NCBI GenBank assembly: GCA_947311785.1 | Contig: CAMZLW010000079.1 | Span: 4,016 to 68,015 of the forward strand | Source of the DNA: an uncultured Ignavibacteriales bacterium | GTDB taxonomy: Bacteria > Bacteroidota > Ignavibacteria > Ignavibacteriales > Melioribacteraceae | DNA: 64,000 nucleotides | Reading direction: 5' to 3' | Part shown: positions 1 to 11,199 of the stretch, piece by piece | Numbering within the stretch: position 1 is the stretch's first letter | How the letters are laid out: every line of letters starts with the position of its first letter | Position numbers and translations under genes: made by a program | The notes under the pieces: generated by a model | The model's database searches: none | What the model was told of the DNA's origin: nothing | Seen by the model: the letters and a program-made list of their open reading frames with translations, nothing else

Positions 1-455
1 TACTGAGCTTTAAGAGGTGTCTCTTTGAACTTACGTGCAAAATCCATTATATCATTGTTTGAATCGCGATTGTGAATAACAATTGGAAGTTCAAGTTCTA
101 ACGCCAATTGAATTTGCTTTTCAAAAGCTTGGTGCTGTTTTGCCTTTGGAGAAAAATCATAAAAATAATCGAGACCAATTTCACCAATGGCAACAACTTT
201 TTTATGTTTAGCTAACTCACGAAGTTCATCTATCCAAGCATCATCCCAATCCTTTGTATCGTGTGGATGAATACCAACAGTGGCGTAAATAAAACTATAT
301 TTTTCTGCTAATATAATTGCTTGCTTCGAGGTTTCAATGTCTGTTCCTGGAACAAGCATATATTTAACTCCAGCATCAAGAGCATTTTTAATTACTTCGT
401 CTCTATCTCCATCAAAATTATTGAGGAACAGATGAGTGTGTGTATCTATATACAT
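1..455 (-). CDS. tatD: TatD-family metal-dependent hydrolase, N-terminal ~151 codons (3' end lies beyond the left window edge)
   Basis: Not in ORF track because truncated. Reverse complement from 455 reads ATG TAT ATA GAT ACA CAC ACT CAT = MYIDTHTHLFLNNFDGDRDEVIKNALDAGV. In the same frame, rc of 162-200 gives KVVAIGEIGLDYF. The DTHxH start and GEIGLDY are TatD hallmarks. Confidence 0.8.
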   Translation of the reverse strand, partial: MYIDTHTHLFLNNFDGDRDEVIKNALDAGVKYMLVPGTDIETSKQAIILAEKYSFIYATVGIHPHDTKDWDDAWIDELRELAKHKKVVAIGEIGLDYFYDFSPKAKQHQAFEKQIQLALELELPIVIHNRDSNNDIMDFARKFKETPLKAQ

Positions 456-599
456 AAGTTTCAAATTCCAAAACACAAAGACCAAAATTCAAATAAAACC
501 CAAAGAACAAGCTATAATTTCAAAACAAGCAGTTTGGATTTTGGAATTTTGGATTTGCAATTTATTAGTTATTTATTATTTGCAATCTGGTAATTGGCG

Positions 600-1595
600 T
601 TATTCAACTCTTCCCATTACAAAACATTTTTCATTTAATTCTGTAGCAATCAATTTTACAGCTTCAACATCGTCTTTGCCAACAATTGCAATCATTCCTA
701 CACCAACATTAAAAGCTTTTCGCATCTCTTCATCAGAAATATTTCCTGTAGCTTTTATTAACTTAAAGATTGGTGGAAGTTCCCACGAACCCCAATCGAT
801 GTTTAGGCTTAATCCTTCTGGTACTACTCGCATTGTATTTCCTTCAATTCCTCCACCAGTAATATGAGAGAAAGCATGAACATTAATTTTATTAATAATA
901 GTTTGAATTATATTAAGATATGACTTATGAACTTGAAGTAATTCCTCTCCAATACTGTTTGCAAGTCCTGCTGGTTTATCGTTAACAGAATATTTACTGA
1001 ATAGCACTTTCCGTGCTAATGAATATCCATTTGTGTGCAAGCCAGTTGAGGGAAATCCAATAAGCACATCATCTTTTTGAACTTTATTGCCGTTAAGAAT
1101 TTTAGATTTTTCAATAATTCCAACTATGGTACCAGACATATCGTACTCTTCTTCTGCATAAAGGCCTGGCATTTCGGCAGTTTCACCACCAATTAATGCC
1201 ACATTATTTTCGCGACACGCTTTGCCAAATCCTTCCATAATATCTTCAGCAACTTTAGGGTCAAGTTTTCCAAAGGCCATATAGTCCATAAAATACTGTG
1301 GTATTGCACCACCAACGGCAATATCGTTTACACAATGGTTTACAAGATCTTGCCCAACCGTATTGTGCTTGTTCATCATAAAAGCCACTTTCAATTTTGT
1401 ACCAACACCATCAACACTTGATACTAGAACTGGATTATCATATTTTTTAAAATCCATTTCGTAGAAAGCACCAAAGTGTCCAATTCCTGAAAGTACATTT
1501 TTATTGAATGTCGATTTTACAATCTCTTTAATTTTGTCAACTGTCTTTTCACCAGCCTCAATATCAACACCAGAGTCTTTGTAGGATATACTCAT
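600..1595 (-). CDS. purM: Phosphoribosylformylglycinamidine cyclo-ligase (AIR synthetase)
   Basis: 331 aa. MSISYKDSGVDIEAGE N-terminus, VDGVGTKLKVA and IGGETAEMPG motifs, and the length are typical of PurM. Confidence 0.93.
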   Translation of the reverse strand: MSISYKDSGVDIEAGEKTVDKIKEIVKSTFNKNVLSGIGHFGAFYEMDFKKYDNPVLVSSVDGVGTKLKVAFMMNKHNTVGQDLVNHCVNDIAVGGAIPQYFMDYMAFGKLDPKVAEDIMEGFGKACRENNVALIGGETAEMPGLYAEEEYDMSGTIVGIIEKSKILNGNKVQKDDVLIGFPSTGLHTNGYSLARKVLFSKYSVNDKPAGLANSIGEELLQVHKSYLNIIQTIINKINVHAFSHITGGGIEGNTMRVVPEGLSLNIDWGSWELPPIFKLIKATGNISDEEMRKAFNVGVGMIAIVGKDDVEAVKLIATELNEKCFVMGRVE

Positions 1596-1868
1596 TTTCT
1601 ATTCCACTTAATTATTTTTTTAATTTGTAAAGATACTGATTTTAGTAGATTTAATTTTGTCAATTTAACTAAACATTCTCAATTTTTTGGGACATATCTA
1701 CCCAAATAAATCCACTAATATGAGAAAAATGGTTTTGCATTGTTATTGTATAACTATGCATGTTTTATCATTCATAAATAGTGCAATAATTTTTATTTGA
1801 TTTAATAAAAATATAATTGTTACATTCGCACCTTAAAAAAAAGAATAATAATAAATAAAGGTAAAAAT

Positions 1869-2177
1869 ATGTCTATTAAGAAAACCGAATTAAAATCTGG
1901 GAAATTCAAAGTTAGTTTCAAAATTTCGGATGATGCTGTAAAACAGTATTCAACTGCATCATTGGTTGGCGACTTTAACAATTGGAATTCATCAAAAGAT
2001 AAGATGAAGAAATTAAAAAAGGATGGTTCGTTCTCTATCCAAAAAACTCTTGAGAGTGGTAAAGAATATCAATTCAAATATTTATTAGATGGAGAGAATT
2101 GGATTAATGACCCAGAAACTGACAAGTTAGTTTCAACTCAATTTGAGGATTCTCAAAACTCGGTTGTTATACTTTAA
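1869..2177 (+). CDS. Stand-alone glycogen/starch-binding (CBM48 / AMPK-beta-like) domain protein
   Basis: 102 aa. LVGDFNNWN...DGSF...YQFKYLLDGENWINDP matches the pattern of isoamylase-N / AMPK1_CBM modules. A terminator hairpin follows (agctcac-ttttgt-gtgagct + T run, ~2208-2232). Confidence 0.6.
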   Translation: MSIKKTELKSGKFKVSFKISDDAVKQYSTASLVGDFNNWNSSKDKMKKLKKDGSFSIQKTLESGKEYQFKYLLDGENWINDPETDKLVSTQFEDSQNSVVIL

Positions 2178-2287
2178 GGCTGATCGAAGTTTAGCATCAA
2201 ATATAGAAGCTCACTTTTGTGTGAGCTTTTTTGATCCAAGGCAAAAAGTATTAAATTGTAGATAAACAAATTACATAAAGAACGAAT

Positions 2288-3202
2288 ATGCCACATAGCC
2301 ACTCGCACAATCATCATCACAATGTTGAAGATATTTCAACCAGCAGATTATTTATAACTATGATGCTGAACTTTATAATTACAATTGCAGAACTAATTGG
2401 AGGAATAATATCTGGCTCACTTTCTCTTATTTCCGATGCCCTTCATAATTTTAGTGATGGCATTGCAATTATAATCAGTTATATAGCAATAAGATTAAAC
2501 AAGAAACCCAAGAACCAGCACTTTACTTTTGGGTTTAAGCGGGCGGAAATAATTGCTGCTGTTTTTAATGCATCTGTTTTAATTGGAATAAGCCTTTACT
2601 TGTTTGTTGAATCATATCACAGATTTACTTCGCCCAAACCCATTGAAGGCGGATTGATGATTGTAGTTGCTTCCATTGGATTGTTGGCAAATGTGATTGG
2701 AACACTTTTGCTTCAAAAAGGTGCTAAAGCAAATATGAATATAAAAGCTGCTTACCTTCATCTTTTGAGTGATGCAATTTCAAGTGTGGCAGTTATTGTT
2801 GGTGGAATTTTTATATACTTTTATAACATCTATTGGATTGACCCAGTATTAACAGTGCTTATTTCACTTTACATTATTAAAGCAAGTTACTCGATAGTAA
2901 AAGAAGCCACTATGGTTTTGATGATGGCAACACCAGATAATATTTCGATACAGGAAATTGAAAAAGAGATTACACAATTAAATGAAATTCAAAATATTCA
3001 CCACGTCCATCTGTGGCGTGTTAACGATAAAGAAATACATTTTGAAGCCCACATAAATGTCGCAGATATGTTAGTAAGCAATACAGATATTGTTATTGAC
3101 CGTGTTGAAAAATTATTGCAAGATAAATTTAAGATACAACATGTTACTCTACAATTTGAATGTAACAAATGTGATAATGTTGAGTTGATTAATGGACATT
3201 AA
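2288..3202 (+). CDS. Cation diffusion facilitator (CDF) divalent-metal efflux transporter
   Basis: 304 aa. His-rich N-terminus (HSHSHNHHH), six predicted TM segments, SDALHNFSD and HLLSD (HxxxD) metal-site motifs, C-terminal cytoplasmic domain. CzcD/ZitB-like. Confidence 0.88.
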   Translation: MPHSHSHNHHHNVEDISTSRLFITMMLNFIITIAELIGGIISGSLSLISDALHNFSDGIAIIISYIAIRLNKKPKNQHFTFGFKRAEIIAAVFNASVLIGISLYLFVESYHRFTSPKPIEGGLMIVVASIGLLANVIGTLLLQKGAKANMNIKAAYLHLLSDAISSVAVIVGGIFIYFYNIYWIDPVLTVLISLYIIKASYSIVKEATMVLMMATPDNISIQEIEKEITQLNEIQNIHHVHLWRVNDKEIHFEAHINVADMLVSNTDIVIDRVEKLLQDKFKIQHVTLQFECNKCDNVELINGH

Positions 3203-3248
3203 AAAGACATTCCACTTATTGAATTGACTGTAAAGAAAAAATTAAGAC

Positions 3249-4292
3249 CTAATTTGCTCTAAAATATTTCTCTCTAAATTTAAGTGAAACCCCTACTAAT
3301 GCTATTAATACTGGAACTTCAACCAAAGGACCAATTACAGCGGCAAAGGCTACTCCAGAATTTATTCCGAACATAGCAATAGCAACTGCAATTGCTAATT
3401 CAAAATTATTGCTAGCTGCAGTAAATGAAAGTGTTGTTGCCTTTGGATAGTTTGCACCTAGTTTCTTGCTCATAAAAAACGAGACTAGAAACATTACCAC
3501 AAAATAGATAACAAGCGGAATTGCAATTCTAAAAACATCCAACGGAATTTTTATTATGTTCTCGCCTTTAAGTGAAAACATCACAAGTATAGTAAAGAGT
3601 AGGGCGTAAAGAGTTATAGGTGAAATTTTAGGAATAAAAACTTTGTTGTACCAGTTAACTCCTTTCTTTTTAAGTAACAGAAAGCGTGTAATCATTCCAG
3701 CAAAAAACGGAATACCTAAGTAAATTAGAACTGATTTGGCAACTTGCCCAATTGTAATATCTATTTCTATTCCTTTTAATCCAAACCAACCAGGAAGAAC
3801 GGTTAAAAACACGTAAGCATAAACTGAAAAAAAGAGTACCTGAAAAATGGAATTGAATGCAACTAAACCTGCAGCGTACTCGCGGTCTCCGTGTGCTAAA
3901 TCATTCCAAACTATTACCATTGCAATGCAACGTGCAAGCCCAATAAGAATAAGCCCAACCATATATTCTGGATAATTGTGCAAAAACAAAATTGCAAGAG
4001 TAAACATTAGCAATGGACCAATAATCCAATTTTGCACTAAAGACAAAGTAAGTATTTTTGTGTCCTTAAAAACATCGCCAAGTTCTTCGTATTTTACTTT
4101 TGCTAGTGGAGGGTACATCATAAGTATCAGTCCAACAGCTATAGGAATATTTGTTGTTCCACTATTAAAAGTATTCCAAAACTCAACAATGCCTGGATTA
4201 AGATAACCCCACAATACACCAATTAGCATTGCAAGAAATATCCATAGTGTTAAATATCTATCTAAAAATTTGAGTTTGCTTTTTGTTTTCAT
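3249..4292 (-). CDS. acr3: ACR3-family arsenite efflux permease
   Basis: 347 aa polytopic membrane protein. [17 protein letters not shown]-terminus and length are typical of ACR3. Lies directly downstream of arsC on the same strand. Confidence 0.85.
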   Translation of the reverse strand: MKTKSKLKFLDRYLTLWIFLAMLIGVLWGYLNPGIVEFWNTFNSGTTNIPIAVGLILMMYPPLAKVKYEELGDVFKDTKILTLSLVQNWIIGPLLMFTLAILFLHNYPEYMVGLILIGLARCIAMVIVWNDLAHGDREYAAGLVAFNSIFQVLFFSVYAYVFLTVLPGWFGLKGIEIDITIGQVAKSVLIYLGIPFFAGMITRFLLLKKKGVNWYNKVFIPKISPITLYALLFTILVMFSLKGENIIKIPLDVFRIAIPLVIYFVVMFLVSFFMSKKLGANYPKATTLSFTAASNNFELAIAVAIAMFGINSGVAFAAVIGPLVEVPVLIALVGVSLKFREKYFRAN

Positions 4293-4392
4293 AAATTTTT
4301 GTTTGGATTATGAGATACAAGATGTGAGACATGAGACTTTAATTTTTTTCTACTTCAAAATTTCGTGTTCGTTCGTGCTTTTCGTGGCAGAT

Positions 4393-4812
4393 TTATTTTA
4401 TTGAACAATACCATTTCCAAAAATCTTGTTTTATTTCATCTCTAATTTTTCTAAACTCATTTGTGATTTCCTCCTCTGTTCCAACAGCATCTGCAGGGTC
4501 ATCAAACCCAATGTGGAGTTGCTCTTTTACACTTCCAACAAAAACTGGACAAGTCTCTTTTGCGTTTCCACAAACTGTAATTACATAATCAAAAGACATT
4601 AAAAGATATTTATCAACACTTTCTGGTTTACCATTGCTAATGTCAATTCCAACTTCACTCATTACCTGCACAGCTTTTGGATGAACTTCCAACGATGGCT
4701 TTGTTCCAGCAGAAAAAACTGTTAACTCACTATCAAACGATTTCAAAAATCCTTCTGCCATTTGACTTCGGCACGAATTACCCGTGCAAAGAATTAAAAT
4801 ACTAAGTTTCAT
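4393..4812 (-). CDS. arsC: Arsenate reductase, LMW-PTP (thioredoxin-coupled) type
   Basis: 139 aa. ILCTGNSCRSQMAEG (CX5R P-loop) plus downstream Cys residues (VCGNAKETCP) typical of the thioredoxin-coupled ArsC family. Confidence 0.9.
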   Translation of the reverse strand: MKLSILILCTGNSCRSQMAEGFLKSFDSELTVFSAGTKPSLEVHPKAVQVMSEVGIDISNGKPESVDKYLLMSFDYVITVCGNAKETCPVFVGSVKEQLHIGFDDPADAVGTEEEITNEFRKIRDEIKQDFWKWYCSIK

Positions 4813-4895
4813 AAAATTACTTGTTGTTTATAACAATATTGTGCAAAGATATGTTTTAAAAAAATAAAAATCTTGCTTGGAATGTTAAACTTGAG

Positions 4896-5498
4896 TTAAG
4901 ATTTGTGTGAACCAATAATAATGTGGTTTCCATTAATTAACTGCAATGAAATGCCTGAGGTTAATGGTTGTTTATATTTATTACCATTTTCATTTAGAGA
5001 AAAATGAATTTTATTTTGTGGATTGTATTTACCATTACGAATTGTGTTTAATTCGCATCGTAAAATTTGGCTAACTGGAATTTTTTTATTTAATGCAGGA
5101 AAACTTTTAAGATGCAACTCGTTATTTTTAATTTCTAAGGTTAGCATCTTTTTTCTTGAAATAATAAAGATTGTAAAAAGAAAAAGTGCAAAATAGCCTC
5201 CAACAAAGGAGGAAGTAACAAGACTATTAAAACTTATAAAAGATGTTGATACAATTTTGGTAAAGACTACCATTAGTACAATAAGTAAAAAAGAAAGAAT
5301 TGAAAAATTAAGAAGATAATTTTGAAAAGATGGCTCGTCTTTGCTATTTTTTTTGGGGATGGATTTTGTAAAAAGGTTAAGCTCAGAATGATTTATTTTA
5401 TTTTTACTAACTATGGAATTTTCACCAAAAATAATCTCATCTGCAAAATCTACTGAATTATTCCCTCTATATTTTAATTGGTTGTTAATATAATCCAT
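4896..5498 (-). CDS. Hypothetical membrane protein (two central TM helices, C-terminal soluble domain)
   Basis: 200-aa ORF with hydrophobic stretches LLNFSILSFLLIVLMVVF and VGGYFALFLFTIFII. No motif I recognise. Confidence 0.5.
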   Translation of the reverse strand: MDYINNQLKYRGNNSVDFADEIIFGENSIVSKNKINHSELNLFTKSIPKKNSKDEPSFQNYLLNFSILSFLLIVLMVVFTKIVSTSFISFNSLVTSSFVGGYFALFLFTIFIISRKKMLTLEIKNNELHLKSFPALNKKIPVSQILRCELNTIRNGKYNPQNKIHFSLNENGNKYKQPLTSGISLQLINGNHIIIGSHKS

Positions 5499-5826
5499 TT
5501 TTCTTAGTTAATAAAAATTTTTAATGCACAAATAATATAAAGATTCACTTTAATTGTCAAGTCTAAAATGTTTGGTATCAACAACTTGACATCATAAAGT
5601 CTTTTCACATATAGTCGTGAGAAAAAACAAAAAGTACAAATGGCTTTTTTAAGTTAGACTTTCCTATACACGATACTTTTAAAAACTAATAGTTCAAAAA
5701 AATTTACTATTTGAAAATGATATTATTAATAATACAACTGCATAAATTTCTTAATTGAGAAAGATGTTTTATTTGTTTATTTTTGTAAAATATATATTTT
5801 TTAAAACATAGAACAAGGAGTAAAAG

Positions 5827-7428
5827 ATGTCTCTTGATTTATCTAAGTATGGAATTAAAGATGTAGTTGAAATATTTCATAACCCCTCTTACGAACTATT
5901 ATTTGAACACGAAACTAACCCGAACCTTGAAGGATATGAAAAAGGACAAGTATCAGAACTTGGTGCAGTAAATGTTATGACTGGCATATTCACTGGTCGT
6001 TCACCAAAAGATAAATTTATTGTTAAAGATGATGTAACACGCGATACAATGTGGTGGACATCCGACAAAGCAAAAAATGATAATAAACCAACTACTCCAG
6101 AAGTTTGGACAGATTTGAAAAAATTAGTTGGCAATCAACTATCTGGGAAAAAACTATACGTAATGGATACTTTTGCAGGTGCAAATGAAGATTCTCGCCT
6201 TAAAGTTCGTTTTATTATGGAAGTTGCATGGCAAGCACATTTTGTGAAAAACATGTTCATTCGTCCAACTGAAGAAGAATTAGCAAATTATGGCGAACCC
6301 GATTTTGTTTCGATGAATGGTGCAAAAGTAGTAAACCCAGATTGGGAAAAACATGGTTTGCATTCAGAAAATTTCACAGTTTTTAATTTAACTGAAAAAA
6401 TGCACGTTGTTGGCGGTTCTTGGTATGGTGGCGAAATGAAAAAAGGCATTTTCGCAATGATGAACTATTACCTGCCACTTAACGGAATGGCTTCAATGCA
6501 CTGTTCTGCAAATGTTGGAAAAGATGGTGATACAGCAATTTTCTTTGGTCTTTCTGGAACTGGGAAAACTACTCTTTCAACCGACCCAAAACGCCAACTT
6601 ATTGGCGATGACGAACATGGTTGGGATGACAACGGTGTATTTAACTTTGAAGGTGGTTGTTACGCTAAAACTATTAATCTTGATAAAGAATCTGAACCAG
6701 ATATTTTTGGTGCAATAAAAAGGGATGCACTTTTAGAAAATGTTACTCTTGATGAAAATGGTAAAATTGATTTTACTGATGGTTCAGTAACACAAAACAC
6801 TCGTGTTTCGTATCCAATTTACCACATCGATAATATTGTAAAACCAGTTTCAAAAGGTGGACATGCAAGCAAAGTAATCTTCCTAACAGCAGATGCTTTT
6901 GGTGTTATGCCTCCTGTTTCTAAATTAACTCCAGCTCAAACTAAATATCATTTCCTTTCTGGATTTACAGCCAAGTTAGCTGGAACAGAAAGAGGTGTTA
7001 CTACTCCTCAACCAACATTTTCTGCTTGTTTTGGTGCAGCTTTCTTATCTCTTCATCCAACAAAATATGGTGAAGAATTAGTAAAAAAGATGGATGCTAA
7101 TAATGCAAAAGCATATCTTGTTAATACTGGATGGAACGGAACGGGTAAAAGAATTTCAATTAAAGATACTCGTGGAATTATTGATGCAATTCTTGATGGT
7201 TCAATTGAGAAAGCTGAAACGAAAATAATGCCTATTTTTAATTTAGAAGTACCTCTTGCATTGCATGATGTTGACCCAACAATTCTTGACCCTCGTGATA
7301 CTTATTCTGACGCATCAGAATGGGATAAAAAAGCGAAAGAATTGGCAGAATTGTTCATCAAAAACTTTGCACAATACACAGATAATGATGAAGGCAAATC
7401 TCTTGTAGCTGCCGGACCTCAATTATAA
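5827..7428 (+). CDS. pckA: Phosphoenolpyruvate carboxykinase (ATP)
   Basis: 533 aa. [13 protein letters not shown] kinase-1a P-loop and IGDDEHGW motif, full-length match in style to ATP-dependent PEPCK. AAGGAG RBS at 5815-5820. Confidence 0.95.
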   Translation: MSLDLSKYGIKDVVEIFHNPSYELLFEHETNPNLEGYEKGQVSELGAVNVMTGIFTGRSPKDKFIVKDDVTRDTMWWTSDKAKNDNKPTTPEVWTDLKKLVGNQLSGKKLYVMDTFAGANEDSRLKVRFIMEVAWQAHFVKNMFIRPTEEELANYGEPDFVSMNGAKVVNPDWEKHGLHSENFTVFNLTEKMHVVGGSWYGGEMKKGIFAMMNYYLPLNGMASMHCSANVGKDGDTAIFFGLSGTGKTTLSTDPKRQLIGDDEHGWDDNGVFNFEGGCYAKTINLDKESEPDIFGAIKRDALLENVTLDENGKIDFTDGSVTQNTRVSYPIYHIDNIVKPVSKGGHASKVIFLTADAFGVMPPVSKLTPAQTKYHFLSGFTAKLAGTERGVTTPQPTFSACFGAAFLSLHPTKYGEELVKKMDANNAKAYLVNTGWNGTGKRISIKDTRGIIDAILDGSIEKAETKIMPIFNLEVPLALHDVDPTILDPRDTYSDASEWDKKAKELAELFIKNFAQYTDNDEGKSLVAAGPQL

Positions 7429-7454
7429 GTTGTAAAATAAGTATTCTAATTATC

Positions 7455-7491
7455 ATGGCGAGTCATTTTTTTTTGACTCGCCATTTTTTTA
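7455..7491 (+). terminator. Intrinsic terminator of pckA
   Basis: atggcgagtca (7455-7465) pairs perfectly with tgactcgccat (7474-7484), followed by a T7 run. Confidence 0.85.
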
Positions 7492-7743
7492 TTGGGATTT
7501 TAAAGAATAAATATATATTCTTTAGTTTTATATCTTAAATCCGATATATGTGTTTTTTGTTGCTCTATGTCTTAAAATATTACATCCCTCTCGAAATGAT
7601 TCGTATCTAATCGAGTTTATGCTAATATTTGGGTGTAAAACCATATATTTAGTGGAACGATTATTGCCCTAAATTATTGTTAAGAATATTTTAAAAAAAA
7701 GAAAGCGAGAAAGAAGTGCAAAAAAATTTATCCGGAGGACCTT

Positions 7744-10700
7744 TTGGATAATTTATTTTTAAACGCACCAATTGGTATTGTAATTGTTGATGCAAATTTT
7801 GTAATTAATAGTGCAAATTTAACTGTTTTACAGTTCCAACTGGCACCAGCAAACTCAATTGATGAGCTTATTGGGCTACGCATAGATACATTACCAATAT
7901 TTAAGACTCCTAGATTAATAAATGATTTGTTCGAACTAAAGGAGGGAATTCCTTTTGAATCAGAACTATCTAACAATCATACACTTGATGGAAATGAAAT
8001 TACTGTTATTTTAAAAGCATCACCTAATTTTGAAAATGGCGTTTTTACAGGTGCACTTTTTGTAATTGAAGATTTCAAAGTTCCTTTAGCTTTATCTCCC
8101 GACAAAGTAATTGAGAACGAACTTTTTAATAAATTTATTAAATCTATTTCCGATTATTTTATAATAACCAATAATAGGGGTGAAATAATTTACTCGCCCC
8201 CAATTGGCTCACTAAAATCACACAACAATATATTTAACAAAAAATATCAATCTATACAACAAATATTCAGTGGCAAATACAAAGAAGAAATAACTAAACT
8301 TTTTGATGAAGCAATAGAATTACAAAAACCTATATTTTCACAAGGTATAACAGACGATATCAATACTTCCATTAGCTTCCAATTAAATTTTATTCCTATT
8401 ACTGATGATAAGAAAAAAACAAATTTTGTATTTATTCTATTTGAAGATATTACAGACACCTTTAATAAAATAAAAAATTTAGAAACCGAAGCAAAAGAAT
8501 TAAGAACATATCAATTAATAGCATCAACTGTTTTAGATGCAATAATTGCATTTGATACAAAAGGGATTATTACATTTTGGAACAATGCTGCAACAAAAGT
8601 ATTTGGTTTAAGCAAAATTGAAACTTACGGCAAATTTATTGGAAGTATTATTGAAGATTTTAGCCGAGATTATTTTGATAAAGCAATTAACACATTAAAA
8701 GAGGCTAGTATTTTTGAAACAAAAATTTTGTTCAATCTTCATGGAATCAATAGAACTATTTCAATAAAAATGGCTTTGGCAGAGGATGACAATTCACAAT
8801 CGGTAGTAGCACTATGCTCAAATATTACCGACAGAGAAAATCTAGAAAAAGCTCTTAGAAATTCAGAAGAAACATTTCGAAATATTGTTACTAATACTCG
8901 CGAATATATTTGCACATACACATTAGAGGGAAAAATAACATATAGCAATCCATATTTTATAGAAAGATTTGGCTATTCGGAAAATGAACTGCAAAACAAA
9001 GAAATTGCAAGCCTAATTGATTTAGACGAATTAGACAACAAAAAATTTAAGTTGAATAAACTAATTAACGAAGATTCTGAAATAATGGAGCTTCCACTAA
9101 TTAAAAAGAATGGCGAAAAAGTTTATGTGCTTGCAAACTTTACAACCGTTTCCGATTTACAAGGCAAACCAAGATATTACATTGCAGTCTTTACCGATAT
9201 TTCTGATAAAAAAGAGAGTGAAGAAGAACTAAACTTAATTCAATCAGTTTTTGAAGCCGCTGTTGAAGGAATTGTTTTAACAACCAATGAAAAAATATAC
9301 ATGGCAAATATTGCTTTTGCTAAAATGTTTGGATATGAATCTATTAGCGAAATTTTACAAATGAACTCGTTAGATTTTATTTGTGAAAAAGATAGGCTAA
9401 GAGCTAAAGCAGATTATGATAATAGAGGAACTGAGAACAATACAATTAAATATATTTATGAAGGCAAAAAAAAGAATAACGAAGTAATTATTATTGAAAA
9501 ATGGATTAAACAATTCACTTCGCAACATAACGAATACGTTATTGAAACATACATTGATATTACCGCACAGCAAAAAGCAAAAATTGCCCTTGAAAAATCG
9601 GAAGAAAGATACCGAAGCATTACAGAAAATATTGACGATGCCATTTGGACTTTAGAATTTGATGATAAACAAAATACAAATTTATACATATCACCATCAA
9701 TACTGGAAATTACACAATATAGCGACCTTGAATTTAAGAGCGATGCTAAACTTTGGATTAGAATAATTCACCCAAATGATAAACAAGTTGTAATATCCAA
9801 ACTTAGAAGAGTATTAAAAGATAAAGTTAGAAAACAAGTTGAATTAGAATATCGAATTCTTGATAAACATGGTGAATTAATTTGGGTAAAAAATAAACTT
9901 AATATATTTAGAGATGATTTTGGGAAAATAGAAAAAATATTCGGACTTTTCTCTGATATTACTTCAAGCAAAAAAGATGCTGAAAAGTTGCAAAACACTA
10001 CTAACGAGCTTCAAACAATAAACGAATCGAAAGATAAATTTATTTCCATTATCTCTCACGATTTACGAACGCCGTTTAGCTCAATTCTTGGCTTTACCGA
10101 TATACTTCTTATGGATGACGACATTACGGAAGAGAAACAAAAAGAGTATATTGGCTTCATTCAAGAATCTGCACAAAATATGCTTAAGTTGGTTAATTCA
10201 ATATTAGATTGGACTCGTTTACAAACTGGACGTATTGATTATATCGCTGAAAGATTAGATATTAAAACAGTTGTTACAAATTCCATTCAGATGCTTGCTG
10301 GTAGTGCAATTAAGAAAAACATAAAATTATATTCTACAATTGAACAAGAAGTATTTGTTCATGGCGATAGGAATTTACTTCTACAAGTTTTTAACAATTT
10401 AATTTCTAACGCAATTAAGTTTACAAACGAAGATGGTGAAATTTTTATTTCTGCCGAGCCACTTATCGATAAAAAAGTTATTCAGTTTAGTGTTAACGAT
10501 ACAGGAATTGGAATTTCTGACAGTAATATTGAAAAATTGTTTTCTGTTGATTCTAAATATACTACCGATGGAACAAAAGGAGAAAAGGGTAGCGGACTTG
10601 GACTCTCGCTTGTAAAAGAAATAATTCTAAAACATGGTGGTGAAATTTCTGTACAAAGTGCCGAGGGAATGGGGACTTCCTTTATTTTTACAATTCCTAT

Positions 10701-11088
10701 TTCTTCAACAAAAATTTTGTTAATTGATGATGTGCAATCGGATGTAATTTTGTATAAAAAATTATTAAATAATATTATGCCAAATTATCAAGTTGAAGTT
10801 GCTTACGATGGTGCTGAGGGATTTGAAGTAATTAAAAATATGATGCCCGCACTAGTTATTACCGATCACACTATGCCCAAAATGAGTGGGTTCGATTTAG
10901 TAAAAAAAGTAATGCATAGCAACATAAAATATAAGCCACCTATTATTGTTCTTAGTAGCGACACAACAAAATTAATTGCGGAAGAATACGAAGAGCTTGG
11001 CGTTGAATATATTTTCAAGAAACCAGTTGGCTTAACTGTGTTTAAAAATGCGATAGAAAAATCAATACAAAAAGCTTTGATAACATAA
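7744..11088 (+). CDS. Multi-PAS hybrid sensor histidine kinase with C-terminal receiver domain
   Basis: 1114 aa. Several PAS/PAC-like repeats. H-box SHDLRTPFSSILGF, N-box NLISNAIKFT, G-boxes DTGIGIS and GSGLGLSLVKE. Receiver with ILLIDDVQSD and ITDHTMPKMSG. TTG start at 7744 is preceded by GGAGGA at 7734-7739; the frame is closed by TAA at 7681. Confidence 0.9.
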   Translation: MDNLFLNAPIGIVIVDANFVINSANLTVLQFQLAPANSIDELIGLRIDTLPIFKTPRLINDLFELKEGIPFESELSNNHTLDGNEITVILKASPNFENGVFTGALFVIEDFKVPLALSPDKVIENELFNKFIKSISDYFIITNNRGEIIYSPPIGSLKSHNNIFNKKYQSIQQIFSGKYKEEITKLFDEAIELQKPIFSQGITDDINTSISFQLNFIPITDDKKKTNFVFILFEDITDTFNKIKNLETEAKELRTYQLIASTVLDAIIAFDTKGIITFWNNAATKVFGLSKIETYGKFIGSIIEDFSRDYFDKAINTLKEASIFETKILFNLHGINRTISIKMALAEDDNSQSVVALCSNITDRENLEKALRNSEETFRNIVTNTREYICTYTLEGKITYSNPYFIERFGYSENELQNKEIASLIDLDELDNKKFKLNKLINEDSEIMELPLIKKNGEKVYVLANFTTVSDLQGKPRYYIAVFTDISDKKESEEELNLIQSVFEAAVEGIVLTTNEKIYMANIAFAKMFGYESISEILQMNSLDFICEKDRLRAKADYDNRGTENNTIKYIYEGKKKNNEVIIIEKWIKQFTSQHNEYVIETYIDITAQQKAKIALEKSEERYRSITENIDDAIWTLEFDDKQNTNLYISPSILEITQYSDLEFKSDAKLWIRIIHPNDKQVVISKLRRVLKDKVRKQVELEYRILDKHGELIWVKNKLNIFRDDFGKIEKIFGLFSDITSSKKDAEKLQNTTNELQTINESKDKFISIISHDLRTPFSSILGFTDILLMDDDITEEKQKEYIGFIQESAQNMLKLVNSILDWTRLQTGRIDYIAERLDIKTVVTNSIQMLAGSAIKKNIKLYSTIEQEVFVHGDRNLLLQVFNNLISNAIKFTNEDGEIFISAEPLIDKKVIQFSVNDTGIGISDSNIEKLFSVDSKYTTDGTKGEKGSGLGLSLVKEIILKHGGEISVQSAEGMGTSFIFTIPISSTKILLIDDVQSDVILYKKLLNNIMPNYQVEVAYDGAEGFEVIKNMMPALVITDHTMPKMSGFDLVKKVMHSNIKYKPPIIVLSSDTTKLIAEEYEELGVEYIFKKPVGLTVFKNAIEKSIQKALIT

Positions 11089-11199
11089 CAATGTAAATCA
11101 GAAGTTGTAGGTTTTATAAAATTGCCATCCAATTTCTACATCATGAATCAAAAAAAATTCCAGCTTTTAAAATTAAAATGCTTTAATTGATGTTTTTTT

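Noticed and set aside
461-560. Imperfect long inverted repeat (caaattccaaaa... / ...ttttggaattttggatttg) between tatD and purM as a possible regulatory RNA
   Set aside because: It is composed of low-complexity A/T-rich CAAAA/TTTTG runs with a ~50-nt loop. It is most simply a weak terminator/spacer for purM, and there is not enough evidence for more.
2178-2287. NiCo/czcD-type riboswitch upstream of the CDF transporter
   Set aside because: The spacer contains only the terminator hairpin of the upstream gene (agctcac/gtgagct plus T run) and AT-rich promoter sequence. There is no four-way-junction-like structure.
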